Assembly (NCBI RefSeq): GCF_009914755.1
Contig: NC_060931.1
Direction: 5' to 3' (one strand)
DNA: 64,000 nucleotides
From: the human T2T-CHM13v2.0 reference genome, Homo sapiens
Shown: positions 25,546 through 47,639 of the stretch, piece by piece
Layout: every line of letters begins with the position of its first letter
Numbering within the stretch: position 1 is the first letter of the stretch
Notes under the pieces: generated by a model
The model's input: only the letters and a program-made list of their open reading frames with translations
Told to the model about the DNA's origin: nothing
The model's database searches: none
Made by a program: the position numbers and the translations under genes

Positions 25546-25746
25546 TAAAGATGGGAACAGCAGACACTGGAGACCCCTGGGCTGGGGGAGGGAGTGGGCC
25601 AAGTGTTGAAAACCTACCTGTTGGGTATATGCTCACTGCTTGGCTGATGGGATCAATCCTACCCTAAACCTCGACATCATGTAATACACCCATGTAACAA
25701 ACCTGCACATGTAACCCTTGAACCTACAAGTTGAAGTTTTAATAAA
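25545..25746 (+). mobile_element. L1PA15/16-like 3' end fragment
   Basis: 'acataaagatgggaacagcagacactgg...acccatgtaacaaacctgcacatgtaacc'. Confidence 0.75.
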
Positions 25747-25903
25747 ATCTAATATTTCCTCTTTATGGATGCCCAGTCATAGTTGAACACTGTAGGTATC
25801 TAGAAGGATTCCATAGTGAACTATGTTTATTCAAGACTTTTTAGGTTAATGTGTTTTTAAAGTTTTATTTTGCAATTTTATATGTCAATATCTCATGGTT
25901 TAG

Positions 25904-26236
<333 letters not shown>

Positions 26237-26749
26237 GGATAGGTTACCTCATTTTAGTTAATTGTGTTTTGTTTTGATTTATATATTTATAGTTCTGCAT
26301 GGCAATATTCAACGTCACACATTTCAAGCCAGTGTACAGCAAAAGTCAAATATGAATGAGTCATACGTCTATTGCCACTATAATTATCTTCGTGTTTGTT
26401 TGCCTGTATAAATATTACCCACATTTTAAAAATAATTTGTATATAACTGTTATTTTGATTAGTGATAGGTGGTTATTTTCTCATGTGTCGGTGAGTAGTC
26501 ATGGAAATTGTCTTAATTTCTACACCTGTTTATTGTTGAATATGTATTATCTTGGAGTGAGAGAAACATTTTGTGATTTGGAGGTATGTTTTGAAAAGCT
26601 TCTTAACTCTATTGATTGTATGTTTATTTTTGTGAAAAATACACACCAAAATGTACAATCTTAAATACTTCAAATTATGTAGTTCAGTTTATATTACATA
26701 TATTGACACTGTTAGCAACATATATGTAGAATGTTTTCTATTTTTATGT

Positions 26750-27035
26750 TATTTCATTGAGACAGAGTCTCACTCTGTCACCCAGGCTGGAGTACACTGG
26801 TGGAATCGTGGCTCACCCCGGTCTCCCAGGTTCAAGCAATTCTCCTGGCTCAGCCTCCTGAGTAGCTGGGATTACAGGTATGTGCCACCATGCCTGGCTA
26901 ATTTTTGTAGTTTTAGTAGAGATGGGATTTTACCATGTTGGTTAGGCTGGTCTTGAACTCCCAACCTCATGTGATCTGCCTGCCTTGGCCTCCCAAAATG
27001 CTGGGATTACAGGCGTGAGCCACCGTGCCCAGCCT
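26750..27035 (-). mobile_element. AluS
   Basis: TSD tagaatgtt. Confidence 0.9.
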
Positions 27036-28757
27036 AGAATGTTAGTATCTTGTGAAACTAATACACAATCCATGTGAATCCTATTTCCCATTGCCTGGCC
27101 CTTTCCAAACATTATTCTATTTTCTCTTTTTAATAGTGTATCTACTTTAGATATCCCATATAAGTGGATTCATATAGTATTTGTCTTTTTTCAGCTGGCT
27201 TATTAAATTTAACATAATGTCATCAAGATTTATGTTTATGGTAGATGTTAGAAGACTTCTCGTTTGCTTTTAAAGCTGAGTTGTATTCCATTATTTTTAT
27301 ATTCCAAATTATATTTATCCATTCATTTGGTGAGGGAAGTTTGGGTTGCTTTTACCTATTGGCTTTTGTGAATAATGCCACAATAAATGGTGTTAATAAC
27401 TCATTTGGCCATACATATGAGAATTTTTATCTGTGCTGTATTCTGTTTTGTTGGTGTAGGGTTTTCTTTTACGCCAGTACCAAAGTGCTTTGATTACCTT
27501 ACCTTTGTTTTGTATTTTGAAATCATTAAGCATGATGTCTCCAATATTGTTTTCTTTTTTTAAATAGTCAGGCTCTTTGTGGTTTCTTGATATTTCATAT
27601 GATTTGGGAGTTGTTTTCCTATTTTTGGAAAAGAGAAATTTGGAATTTGAAAGGGATTGTATTGAATGTGTAGATAGATCACTTTGGTCCAGTATGGCCA
27701 TCTTCACAGTATTAAGTCTTCCAACCTTTGAACAAGAGCATGCTTAAGTGTGTACTGTTTAATTTTCATATTTTGTGGGTTTTTTTGGCTTTCCTTCTGT
27801 TAGTGATTTGTAGTTTCATTCAATTTGGCCAAAAATAATAGCATGTAATATTCAAGTTTAAAAAATGGATTAAGACTTGTTTTGTAAGATAAGAGGTGTA
27901 TCCAGGAGAATTTTCTTATGAGCTATTGAAAAGATTGTGGATTCTGCTGTTGTGTGGTGTGTTCTGTATATGTCTTTTAGGTTTAATTGTTTTACATTGC
28001 TTTCAAGTCCTTTGTTCCCTTATTAATATTCTGTCATGCTTTATTATTCATTACTGAAAGTATTGAAGTACTCTCCCACTGTTATATTACTTCATTTCTG
28101 TTAATGCTTGCTTTATATATTTGGGAAACCTGATAGGAGATACAAATAGGTTCCCAGTGAATGAACCATTTTATATTAATATAATGTCCTTGTTTGTCTC
28201 TTGTGAGTTTTGACTTAAACTATGTTTTATAAAATATGACAGCTTTTTACTTAATATAATTAGTTCTCCACCTCTCATTTGGTTAACATTTGCACAGAAT
28301 GTCTTTTTCCATCCTGCCACTTTCAGTCTATTTTCACCATTAGATCTTAGGTGAGTCTCTTGGAGACATGACATAGGTAGATTTTGTTTTCTAAATTAAA
28401 AACAATTCCTTTATTTAATGTATTTCTTTTGATTGGGAAGTTTAGTCCATGAATATTTCAATACTTTTCTGAAAGAAAATGACTGGCACTTACCATTTTA
28501 TTGTTTTAGTTAAGTCTTATAGCTATTTTGTCCCTATTTACTTTGTATTCCTTTATGTCTTGTTGATATTTGTAATGACTCATGCTTTGCTTTTTTATTT
28601 TCTGTTGCGTATCTACATTTTCTTTATGGTTACCATTTAAATTACATAAAATCTCTTAAAGTTACAACTGTATATTTTAAACTGGTAACAACTTGCACTC
28701 AGTTGCATACAAAAATCCTTGCTCATTACATCTGCCCTCAAATTATAATGTCACTGA

Positions 28758-29192
<435 letters not shown>

Positions 29193-30629
29193 AATTGTGT
29201 ATTTTTGTATGATTTGGTTTGTTTTCTGTCATTTTAAATTTTCAATGGGAAAGACTTCTTTTTGCATTTCTTGTAGGACAGTTATACTGGTGATGTACAT
29301 TCTCAGCATTTAGTTACTTGGAAAATATTTATTTTTTCAAATTTTGTAGGACAGTTTTGTTAAAAGTTTTGTTTCCTTTAGCGCTTGGACTGTATAACTA
29401 AAGACCCCTCTTGTTGGCGGGGTTTTCATTCAAAAATTCACTGGTAATCTTGCAGGAGCATGCATATAGATGATACATCTCTTTTGTCTTTCTGCATTCA
29501 AGATTATCTTCTTTTCTGTGACTTTCAAAACTTTGCTTATATTGTGTCTTGTTATGGGTCTCTTTATCTGAGTTGAAGTTTGTTGAGCTTCAGTTTTTAG
29601 TATGTTTTTTCTTATAATGGATAATTTCTCAGTCTTTTTTTATGCTTCTGCTCTACAATTTGTTTCTCTTTGTCATTGTGTTGATATTCTTATTTTCCTG
29701 ATTAAACTAAGTTTTCTGTGTTTCTATGTTACACATTGAGAATAATTGAGGTGGTTATTTTGATTTTTAAGGCAATTTATACATCATCATTTCTTTAGGG
29801 TTGATTTCTGCATACTTGTTTCTTTGATTGGGCCATGTTAGTCTGATATTTGTATATTTTGTAACATTTGGTTGAGATACGGGCATTTAAAAAAGTAACC
29901 TGTCACAGTCTGTATAAAGTGGCTCTCTTCCCTGCAGTGTCTGACACCAATTTACCAGGCTAGATATTGAGAATTTCTCAAACCTGTTCTTAAGATGTCT
30001 CTTCCCTATATTTTTGTGTTCTCTTTATTGAGTTATGTGGTTTTGCCCAAGTTTCTGCTTTACAGCTTGTAATTAGTTGGTATACCTGCTGTTTCTCTGT
30101 GGTCCTACAGTCTCTCTGCTGCTATAACAATCATTTACCTTTTGTCTCGCAGACACTAACCTGTCATTCAAAGAGTAGCACCATTTCTTTCAGCACTCTT
30201 TGTCATGGTAGACAGAAACCAGTCTTTGGAAAGATCCCTCAAAGCCAGAATTATGGACACATGTGCCACTATTTTTTTTTCACTTTTGAGAGAGAAGCCG
30301 GGAGTTGAGAGTTTTCACTTAAAGGCATTATTTTGTATTGAGGAGGAAGTATGGCTGTGGTGGGTAAATGTAACAAATGCTCCTTTTTTTTCTATGTGGC
30401 TGTTGGCATCGTTTTCATCTGTGGCACTGCAATCTCTTAACTGCTTTTTAGAACTCTTACAAAGGCACTGTGGTCAATATATTTTTGTTAAGTTTACAAG
30501 TCTATTAAGGAATTTGGGCTTGTGGTATTATGCTATCTTATTGTGCTTGGTATAATTTTATATTTTGTATTTGTAGGGTATACTCACCTGAGTCTAATAA
30601 GTGGTATAATTTATTTTTATTTTTTTTAG

Positions 30630-33110
<2,481 letters not shown>

Positions 33111-33414
33111 TTGTTTTTTATGTGTTAAGACTGTTTTCAGAGGCATAGACAGGCTCAGAGAGCTGCAGTAATATCCTTAGTACCCACCTAGTAGCCTGCA
33201 GAGTCAACACTGTGTCTTGGAGGAGACAGATACCTACTAAATAGCTGGCCCAGGAACTGTGGATTGGTGGTGAAGTCCTGGTAGGAGCCCAGGAAGGTGG
33301 TAAAGGAGAAGATGGCTCAACTTGGAAGTCTGGTACAAGAGGCTCATGCAGCTTCTCCCTTGTACATGGCTGGGAGTATCTGCATAATTCCCATCTCAAG
33401 GTTTAAGGTAGAGT

Positions 33415-33716
33415 TTTATTTATTTATCTATTTTGAGATGGAGTCTCGCTCTGTCGCCCAGGCTGGAGTGCAGTGGCGTGCTCTCAGCTCACTGCAAGCT
33501 CTGCCTCCAAGGTTCACGCCATTGTCCTGCCTCAGCCTCCTGAGTAGCTGGTACTACAGGTGCCCGCCACCACACCTGGCTAATTTTTTTGTATTTTTAG
33601 TAGAGACGGGGTTTCACTGTGTTAGCCAGGATGGTCTCAATCTCCTGACCTCATGATACGCCCGCCTCAGCCTCCCAAAGTGCTGGGTTTACAGGCGTGA
33701 GCCACTGCACCCAGCC
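33415..33716 (-). mobile_element. AluY-like
   Basis: Antisense Alu. Confidence 0.9.
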
Positions 33717-33900
33717 AGAGTAGACTTATTTTTTTATGGAGGGGAACAAGAAGAGACATATGGTCAATGACAGCACTGTGAACCACTGGCAGGTTGGGGG
33801 CTGGGGCTTATACTAGGAAGCTCCCATTCTTCAGAGACTTGTGCATGTGGAGTACACAGGTGTCCATGGTGAAGGTTCAAGGCTTCCAAAGTTTTATGTG

Positions 33901-34254
<354 letters not shown>

Positions 34255-35050
34255 TTAACACCTTCAAGGCATCTTCATGATACTTTGTCATCTGTAGAGC
34301 AACAGCACCCATCTACATTAATAGCCTGTATGAAGAGAATTATCCCAGTGAGTCCTCAAAAAACGTCCTTCTTGTAAAGTTGGGAAAACACAGGCTTTGT
34401 AATGTCAAATGTCTGCTGAACAGCGCATGGATCAGAACTGAGAACTGTAAACAGCAAGGGCTGCAAGAAATTTCCTTCAAGCTGTTGGAGGCTCTATCTG
34501 CTCCTCACATGGATGGAAAGGACCTCAAGGAGCCTCATTTTCTATTTTAGAGACAGTGCACAGGGCAAGACAGCCTAGGAATACTTTTTTGACTTTAAGC
34601 AACACAATTTTTTAACATTAAAAAGAACCTTGCCAAACAGATACAATTACAGACGTGACAAGGGGGCAAATGCTGGGAGAGTCCAGGAGGGGAGAAAGCC
34701 CACTTAAAGGGCCAAGAATCTGAGCAGATGACTCAGGGAAAACACATTTGTATTAAGCAATTGAAGGATGACTTGAAAATTTCAGTCAGGAAACTGGAAA
34801 TCAACATGAATCAACATGATTTTATTTGCCACATGGATACCAGATTGGCAAAACATTAAAAGAAAGTTAACATCCAGGAGAATCTGGATTCAGGGAAGCA
34901 GCTACATTCAGAAATTGCTGGTGGCAATGTACCTTCCTAAGCCCTTTTGGAAAGTGATCGGTCTATAGCTATTAAAATTTTACATATGCATATCCTTCCA
35001 GCAAGTAATCTCCTGGGGAGTTTGTCATCTACAAGGAAATAATATATCCA

Positions 35051-35385
35051 ATGGGCTGAGCGGTGTCCCCTCCCCAAAGTTCATGTTCTAACACTCAGTG
35101 CCTCAGAATGTGACTGTATTTGGACATATGGTCTCCAAAGAGGTTACAGGTTTTGAGTTCATTAGAGTGGACCCAAATCCAATATGACTGGAGTCCTTAT
35201 TAGAAGAGGCGTTAAGGATGCAGAGATAGAAGTTCAGCCATCTACAAGCCAAGGAGAGAGTTCTCAGAGAAACCATTCCAGCTAACAGCTTGTCGTTGGA
35301 TTTCTAGCCTCCAGAATTGTAGAAAACTAAGTTTCTGCTGTTAAAGTCCTTCAGTCTGCAGTGGTTTGTATGGATGCTCTACCAG
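35051..35385 (+). mobile_element. MLT1A/B/C-type MaLR solo LTR
   Basis: 'cctcagaatgtgactgtatttgga', 'ccaatatgactggagtccttattagaagagg' and 'gatttctagcctccagaattgtag'. Confidence 0.8.
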
Positions 35386-35758
35386 ATGGTTATAGACTAT
35401 TAGGGCACACATAGGATGTTTCCTGAGAAGTGGCTGAAATGGAAATAGAAGACGATCATGTTCAGGCTCCACCTGCATTGCAAGGCTGAACTGCTGAGGA
35501 AAATGGCCTCCTTTATGGAATATTATGAAGACATGTGAGGTTGCAGATCCAGCCCTGATGGGGCTACAGGAACGAATTCTGTGGGATAGCCCATACATAG
35601 AGTAGCCTAAACATCCACCCTCCCCTTTTCAGCACCCCTTTTTGTGTAAAAACCTCCCTAGTTAAAGTGTGGGCTTTTAAATCTTAAAGGTCTGGCAGGG
35701 CAGTGTAGTTGCCTGCTATAGGAAATACCTTGGGTGGGTGTTTAAAACAATATAAATA

Positions 35759-36057
35759 GGCTGGGCACTGTGGCTAATGCCTGTAGTCCTAGCACTTTGG
35801 GAGGCTGAGGCAGGTGGATCACCTGAGGTCAGGAGTTCAAGACCAGCCTGACTAACATGGTGAAACCCCGTCTCTACTAAAAATGCAAAAATTAGCCAGG
35901 CATGGTGGCACGTGCCTGAAATCTCAGCTACCTGGGAGGCTGAGGCAGTAGAATCACTGGAACCTGGGAGGCGTAGGTTGCACTGAGCCAAGATCAGGCC
36001 GCAGCACTCCAGCCTGGGTGACAGACTAAGACTCTGTCTCAAAAAAAACAAAAAAAA
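35759..36057 (+). mobile_element. AluS
   Basis: TSD caatataaatag. Confidence 0.9.
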
Positions 36058-36119
36058 GCCAATATAAATAGTAGCAACATGCAAAGATACTCATGGCCTA
36101 GTGTAAACAATACAAAACT

Positions 36120-36870
36120 ATTTTTCTCCTTTTTCTACAACTATGTGAGCAAGAACTTAGCACCAAACCAAGTTTCTGTTGGTGATGAATGGAGGTCCAA
36201 TTCTTTTGGGAGGAGACTGTGGGTCATTTAGATGTCAAAGCCCTTTGACAGGGGCAATGGAGTCTCCATATTTGAGTCTGGGTCCTGGGCCTGCCCTGAT
36301 CTTCTTGGATTCCTGTCTGAGGTGGTCCCTCTGTTCCTACTGTCACCCCAGACCAGCGCTGGCCATGGTTGGTGGCGTGGTGCTCCTGCCCTTTGTCCAA
36401 GGAGATGGGGTGGTTGAACCTATTACTCATTTCTACTGATCTGCATGAAGCTCTGCAAGGAGAGTGCCCAGAAGCTGGGCCAAGAGGCATCAGTGACCTG
36501 CCTGGCTATCTCTGCAGTGGGGAAAGTCCAATTAGAAATTCTGTTCTCCAGATCAGGTACCTGTGAGCATCTGCATAGACTCCCAGCCAGAGAGAAAACC
36601 AGATTACAGTGTGAAGTCTTGGGGTTAACATCTGAGTAGACAAACTTGTTCTCCAACACTCAACTTCTTATCCTGTCAGCCATGACTTGGGATATGATCC
36701 TGGCAGACCTATCAGGCTCCAAACACCTTACCACCTGCTCCTGTCCAGGGAAGGCACCCTCAACTCTTATTCCCCCAACACATGGTGATGGGCAGGGATG
36801 TGGGGTTGCCCAGATGGGATCACAGGTGAGGCCTGGCCTGGATGGGTCTGCCCTGAGCTGCCCTGTGTTA
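36120..36870 (-). pseudogene. Possible degenerate processed pseudogene (parent unidentified)
   Basis: Non-repeat, GC-elevated, coding-like stretch with broken frames on the minus strand, ending in a short A-rich tract (36121-36134 read as T-rich on +). Confidence 0.3.
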
Positions 36871-37449
36871 CCTATGTGTGTCCCCTGCCAAGCGACCTGA
36901 GGATTTCTGGATGAGAGCTGAGCCAACGTCTGCATCATTGGAAGATGCCCTCACTTCAAGCCTTCCACAGATGAGAGCCTCAGGAAGTCAAGATATAGCA
37001 ATAGAACATCTTGCTCTTGAGCATCTCCATGAAATTAGCTTGATACAGGGCTGTGTCTAGAATAAGGGTTTCTGGTTACCAGAGTTTTAAGTTCTGGAGG
37101 GTCTGACACCAAGAAAGTGAGGTTACTTGAAGGTTCCATGACCTGGGCCCCTTCTTTCAGTGTGAGCTGCCCACAGGCCCTGCTGGGGTCCTGACTGCTC
37201 ACCCTCCTTCCCCGTGTCAACTTCTAGAACTGCCTTAATTGCACATGACATAATCCTTTATAGCAAAATGTGTAAGACTTTCACTCAAATACCATTAGAA
37301 TTAATAAGTTGATCAGTGTCACAAGATACAAGATACACATACAAAATTTTACTTAAAGCAACCAACAATAAAAATAAAATGTATAAATTTGATTTATAAT
37401 GCTTCAAAAATATTTAGAAAAAGTAATAGAAGTGCAAAAATTTTACACT

Positions 37450-37746
<297 letters not shown>

Positions 37747-37878
37747 TACACTTAATTTTTTTTTTTAATGCTGAAAGAAATCAAGATCTGAAATAATTTA
37801 AAGGTGTCTAATTTTCAAGAATAAAAATGCTTAATATTTCCAAGATAACAATATCCCACAAATGGACTGAGAAATTCA

Positions 37879-38358
<480 letters not shown>

Positions 38359-38406
38359 CTATTACCCCACTTCCTCCCCATTTTTTTCTCTGTCCAGACT
38401 TAGAAC

Positions 38407-38844
38407 TATGGGGTAATTTGACCTCTCTGTGATACAGCCAGCTGCAGGTTTTTCCCTGCAGGCTTAAACCCAAGCCAGGGTCTCAAACATTCCCAGGCAC
38501 TGATAAAAATGTTTAGGATGTTGCCCACAGCATTGATAGAAATTAGCCCTGGCCCTAAGTCAAATTTCTTAACCTTTATATAAGCTCCATAAACAGATCC
38601 ACTCATTGCAGACATACCGGGGTAGAACATCTGTGTTTTGACCCTTGCAAGGATACACTGCCATCCCCTCTTTGTGTCTGTTCCTTTAATGCATGCTTTG
38701 AACAGACCACTCTGGGCTTCGAGGCTTCTTTCTTTGGAATTCCATCTGCCCCATTTCAGGATGGTTTGGGGCAGTCCCTTGTGGAAACTCCCCTGCTGTC
38801 ACTTTTAGGGCAACTCCAGCCACTGATTCAGCCTGAGGAAAGAA
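38407..38844 (+). mobile_element. 5' LTR of a class III (ERVL/HERV-S-like) provirus
   Basis: LTR-like segment with a TATA-like 'ctttatataag' (~38573), immediately followed by a tRNA primer-binding site. Confidence 0.65.
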
Positions 38845-38845
38845 C

Positions 38846-38859
38846 TGGTGTAGTCGGCA
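38846..38859 (+). promoter_or_regulatory. Retroviral primer-binding site complementary to tRNA-Ser
   Basis: TGGTGTAGTCGGCA vs TGGCGTAGTCGGCA, the complement of the tRNA-Ser 3' end ...TGCCGACTACGCCA. One CpG transition. Confidence 0.75.
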
Positions 38860-38882
38860 TTACTCTAAAGAATGTGCTGGGA

Positions 38883-42354
<3,472 letters not shown>

Positions 42355-42709
42355 GGCTCCTTCCCCAGACCCGTGGAGCCCTTAGGGTTTAGAGGACCAG
42401 CGTAGAAATTCTCATCCAGGCAGTTTCTTCCTTTTGGTTCTCGAAAGGGAACTGAGTGTACACATCTGCTTATTATTCTCAAATAATTTCTTCTTTCACC
42501 TTATTATTTCTCAAATCTTTCCTTCTTTTCCCTCTCCACAGAAAAAGTTCCAGAAAATTTAAAAATCTTTTCAGAAAAGACAGTACACTGAGCAAGATTT
42601 GCACATCAAGAAAAAGTAGAGACAGGAGATGAGAGTCAAGTGTTTTGGGGGGTAGAGAAAAAGACTAGGCTGGAAGGGGTACTGGGCCACTTGTGCGGGT
42701 GTGTACACC

Positions 42710-42747
42710 TGTGTGTGTGTGTGTGGTGTGTGCGTGTGTGTGGTGTG
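42710..42747. repeat. Imperfect (TG)n
   Basis: Directly visible. Confidence 0.9.
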
Positions 42748-43724
42748 TAACATTTCTACTTGAAAAACTCCAGCCCTCTCTAGCCTGGATTAATAGAAAG
42801 ATGTGTGTTTGCCCATGGGCAGGTGGGGTGCTTGGGGGCAGGAGACCCTGGAATGGGATGCGGTGATGGCAGCTGGGCTGTTGGGCAGGCGGGATGAGCT
42901 GCAGAAGGAGCAGGGCTCTGGTTCCCATGCTTGTCCATCCTGCTGGCATGGAGCCACCTCCAGGCTGTGGGGTGGGTGTGGTAGGTGGGGCTTCCTTCCT
43001 TCCCCAGACTAGCCCAGCAATTCCCCAGGAAGCCAGACCTCTGCTACCCTTCTTTCTGCACCTCTACAGGGAGAGTCATCCTGTCTGCACCAAGGATGGG
43101 AAAAGCAGAGGAATCCCACAGGCCAGGTGGGTCGCAATGGGTAAACGGGGGGTGAACATATATGTGTTTCCTGTGGCTCCCCACTCTGTCATTTGCAGAC
43201 ACTGCTAATCAGTCAGTCACAGAATTCTCACCCCAGTGCCCAGTGAGCACCACCAAAAGCTCCAGATGGTTTATAAGTATCTGGAGACTCTTGCATTCCC
43301 TGTGGATCCTTCCTGACCAGATCTTAGAATCTTGCCTGGAAATGAGGAAGTGGCATGTCACCACCCAGTACCTTAGGAAGACCCTGCCCTGTCAGTCAGA
43401 GATGGCATCTTGGGTGACCACTCCCTGAGTGGAGGAAGAGAGGGTCCTGTGCAGGGAGCTTCCTTGGTGGATCATGGGGTAAGTGATGCCTTTGGTCTGG
43501 CATAAAGCCTGGTGTGTGGAGCAGAGATTCGAGTGGGGCTGGGACAAGCAGGTGCTGCTCAACCAGGCCTCCAAATACACCTTGTCCCCCTCCCACCATA
43601 GCTGAGCCTGGATGGGAATGTGGACACCTCATAGACTCCAGAGGATGGGACCCTGGTCAGTGGTGGTCCTGGGGTGTGGGGTGAAGGCAGCTGGGACAGG
43701 GCCTTCAGGTGTGGGAGGAGCCAG

Positions 43725-43830
43725 CCTCTCCTGTGAGGCCCTGGGCAAGTCCCTGCCCTCTTTGGGCCTCTGTTTCCTCATCTGGCAAATGTACAAATCA
43801 TGAGCCTGTTGTGCAGGCCTCACAGGGTCA
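43725..43830 (+). mobile_element. MIR fragment
   Basis: MIR core 'ctgggcaagtccctgccctctttgggcctctgtttcctcatctggcaaatg'. Confidence 0.7.
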
Positions 43831-44674
43831 TGATGGGGTTCGGGGAGGATGGGAATTTGAGGGTGCTTGTGCCTGGCTCTTCTCATGAAGGATGATGGTG
43901 ACAGCAATGCTGAGAGCCACATGAAACCGAGTCCTCAGGAGGCCCTGTGAGGATGGTGTGGTTCCCATCACACTTCCCTGACAAGAGGGAATTATGATCT
44001 TCAGACTCAGGAGAAATATGGGGTTTGTTTCAAGTCCATGGAGCTCCACAGTTCTTTTGAGAGGTGAGAGCCTAGCAGGTTGACCTAGCGGATTGACAGA
44101 GGGTGGGCAGAGACTCTGTCTTGTGGTCACTTTCAGACAGCCTGTGGCCACGGGTCCCTGGTCAGCAGCAGGCCCTGTTGAATGGGAGCACTGGGCAGGC
44201 ACTGTGAGGGAGGCCTGAGGTGTGGCTCCTGGAACCTCACAGCTGTTGCTCTGTCCTACAGCTACAGCCTGTCCTGCTGCTGAGCCCCATCCCAGTAGGC
44301 CAGCCACGCCCTCAAGGCCAAGAAGACCAAGCCATGAAGAATCTCAGGCCCACTGAATGCCCGGGTGGCAGGGGCAGAGTGCCTCAGGGCTCAGGGAAGT
44401 TTGGGCTGAGTGTGTGCTCTGGGAGCCAGACAGCTAGCTGCACAGGGCTCCCAGCTCCACCATGACCAGCCCTGTAACTGGGGCAGGGGACTCACTCCTG
44501 TGGTACTTGAGCATCATTGTCATATAATTAATGTGTCTGTCCAATCCTTTTCTCTTTTTATCTCTCTTCCTCTATAATCGCCATGTACTACTGATCTGTT
44601 AGTGATTGTGTTCAAATGAATAAACATATGTTAAATAGTGTGTATTGTACTTCCTCATGATTTCTTCACTATAG

Positions 44675-45315
<641 letters not shown>

Positions 45316-45428
45316 CTATATAATTTTATACAAAATCCAATAAGCAGAAAAAACTGAGGTCCTGGTTTTCAGTAATACTGGAGTAGCTTGTTGAATTAAC
45401 ACAGATTATAATGAAGACACCTGAATAA

Positions 45429-45738
<310 letters not shown>

Positions 45739-46852
45739 TATATTATATATTGTTATAGAAACACATCTGTATGATACAAATATGACCTATGTGTGGGTAA
45801 GAACTGAATGAGGATTTCAGCTGTGCCCACTGTAGGGGAGATAGGTATTGAAGTTTGAATCCAGCCCAATTAAAACGGTTTGTAAACAGTAACATCGCTC
45901 TTCAAAGCTACACAACGGAATTGAGAGTCTCTATAATGATTCTTTACAGTTTTAGTACACAACTTTAAAATTCATGAGACGTGTGAGGAAACACGAAAAT
46001 GAGATCCATACACAATTTAAAAAGCAGGCAGTAGAAGTGATCCTAAGATATTCAAGGTGTTCTAATTCAGGATGTTTAAAGGCAGCTATTATAAATCTGT
46101 TCATGGGGGTAAAGGAAAATATTTTAAGAGATGTGGAACCTAAGCAAAGAAATGGAAATTATGAAACAATAGGAAGATAAGGAAATTAAAAGAAATACTT
46201 TTGAGCTTATTCAAAGATTAGAAACAGAAGACAGAGCAATAGAAATTGCCCATTCTGAATAAAAGAGAGAAAAAGCTTAAAGAAAATGAAGAGTCTTAGA
46301 GACCTGTAGAGTGATTGAGTCCAAGTTGGAGAGGGGACAGAAAAATTAAATGAGGTACAAAGTAAATCACCAACTAATAGCTAAAAACTTCCAAAAATTG
46401 GTCAAACCCCCCAGTTTTTATACCCAACATGTCAACAAACCCGTCCAAAAAATATAAATAAAACCATACCAAGGCCATATTGTGATTTAGGAGACTGGCA
46501 AGGCAGAGCTTTCTATTGACTTGCTGTGATTTCTAATTTTAACTACTTAGAAGAGTGAAAAATAGGTTCTCCTTAGAGTTTCTTTTTTTTTCTTGGAGAA
46601 AAAAAAGTATTAAAGGCAGATGAGTTTCCAGCTTCCTCTTAAATTTCCAGTGTCTTACTTTGGAAATTATTTGAATTTGTTTCTTCCAAATCCTGCAGTA
46701 ATACTGATGCTCCAGAAAGGCGTCCCGTGGAGATTCTGCTCTTGTGCATCCATCCTGCACGGAGCTGAAGCTGTGCCTCCTCTAGTTTCATTAGCGTTTA
46801 GTCGTGGGGTACTTCGAGTTAATCTGGAAAACTAAATGTTAACATGGATTCA

Positions 46853-47152
46853 GGCCTGGCGCGGTAGCTCACGCCTGTAATCGCAGCACTTTGGGAGGCC
46901 GAGGTGGGTGGATCACTTGAGGTCAGGAGTTCGAGACCAGACTGGCAAAAATGGCAAAACCCCATCTGTACTAAAAATACAAAAATTAGCCAGGTGTGGT
47001 GGCAGGTGCCTGTAATTTCAGCTACTGGGAAGGGTGAGGCAGGAGAATCTCTTGAACACGGGAGGCGGAGGTTGCAGTGAGCCTGGATTCAGTCACCGCA
47101 CTACAACCTGGGCTACAGAGAGAGACTCCATCTCAAAAAACGAAAAAGAAAA
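46853..47152 (+). mobile_element. AluS
   Basis: TSD atggattca. Confidence 0.9.
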
Positions 47153-47639
47153 ATGGATTCAAAGAATTATCACTGTTAAGTTCCACCAGCAAATTACTAA
47201 ACGTGGTTCCAAAGGAATATTTAAAAAGGGAAATTAAGTGTTACCAAGAAAGCCCTATTTACAGCAGAAACACAGACACTGTTCGTGACCTCACTACACA
47301 AACTTCCTTCATGTGTTGGGAGGGACCAAGGGGCTCTCTGGTCCTGCACCTGCATTAATTACTTCCAGGAGGTCCACGCTAGGACCCCAAGGCCTGGGAA
47401 CCAGCCTGGGTCAGGGGCAGAGAAGTGGTGAACGTGGCTCCAAGGGGCACTCCTGAGGTGCAGAGGAGGATTTGTGACAGCCCAGAGGATAGAGGAAATG
47501 GTGGCTTTGAAAAGGCAAGTGCCAGTTTATCAGGAAACATGTATCTCCATTTCTGGCAGTGAACTGACGGTTTCAGACACTCATGAGAAAGCGTCCTACG
47601 TGGAATGCCCAGAAGTCGGAGAACTGTCAGACATCTGGC

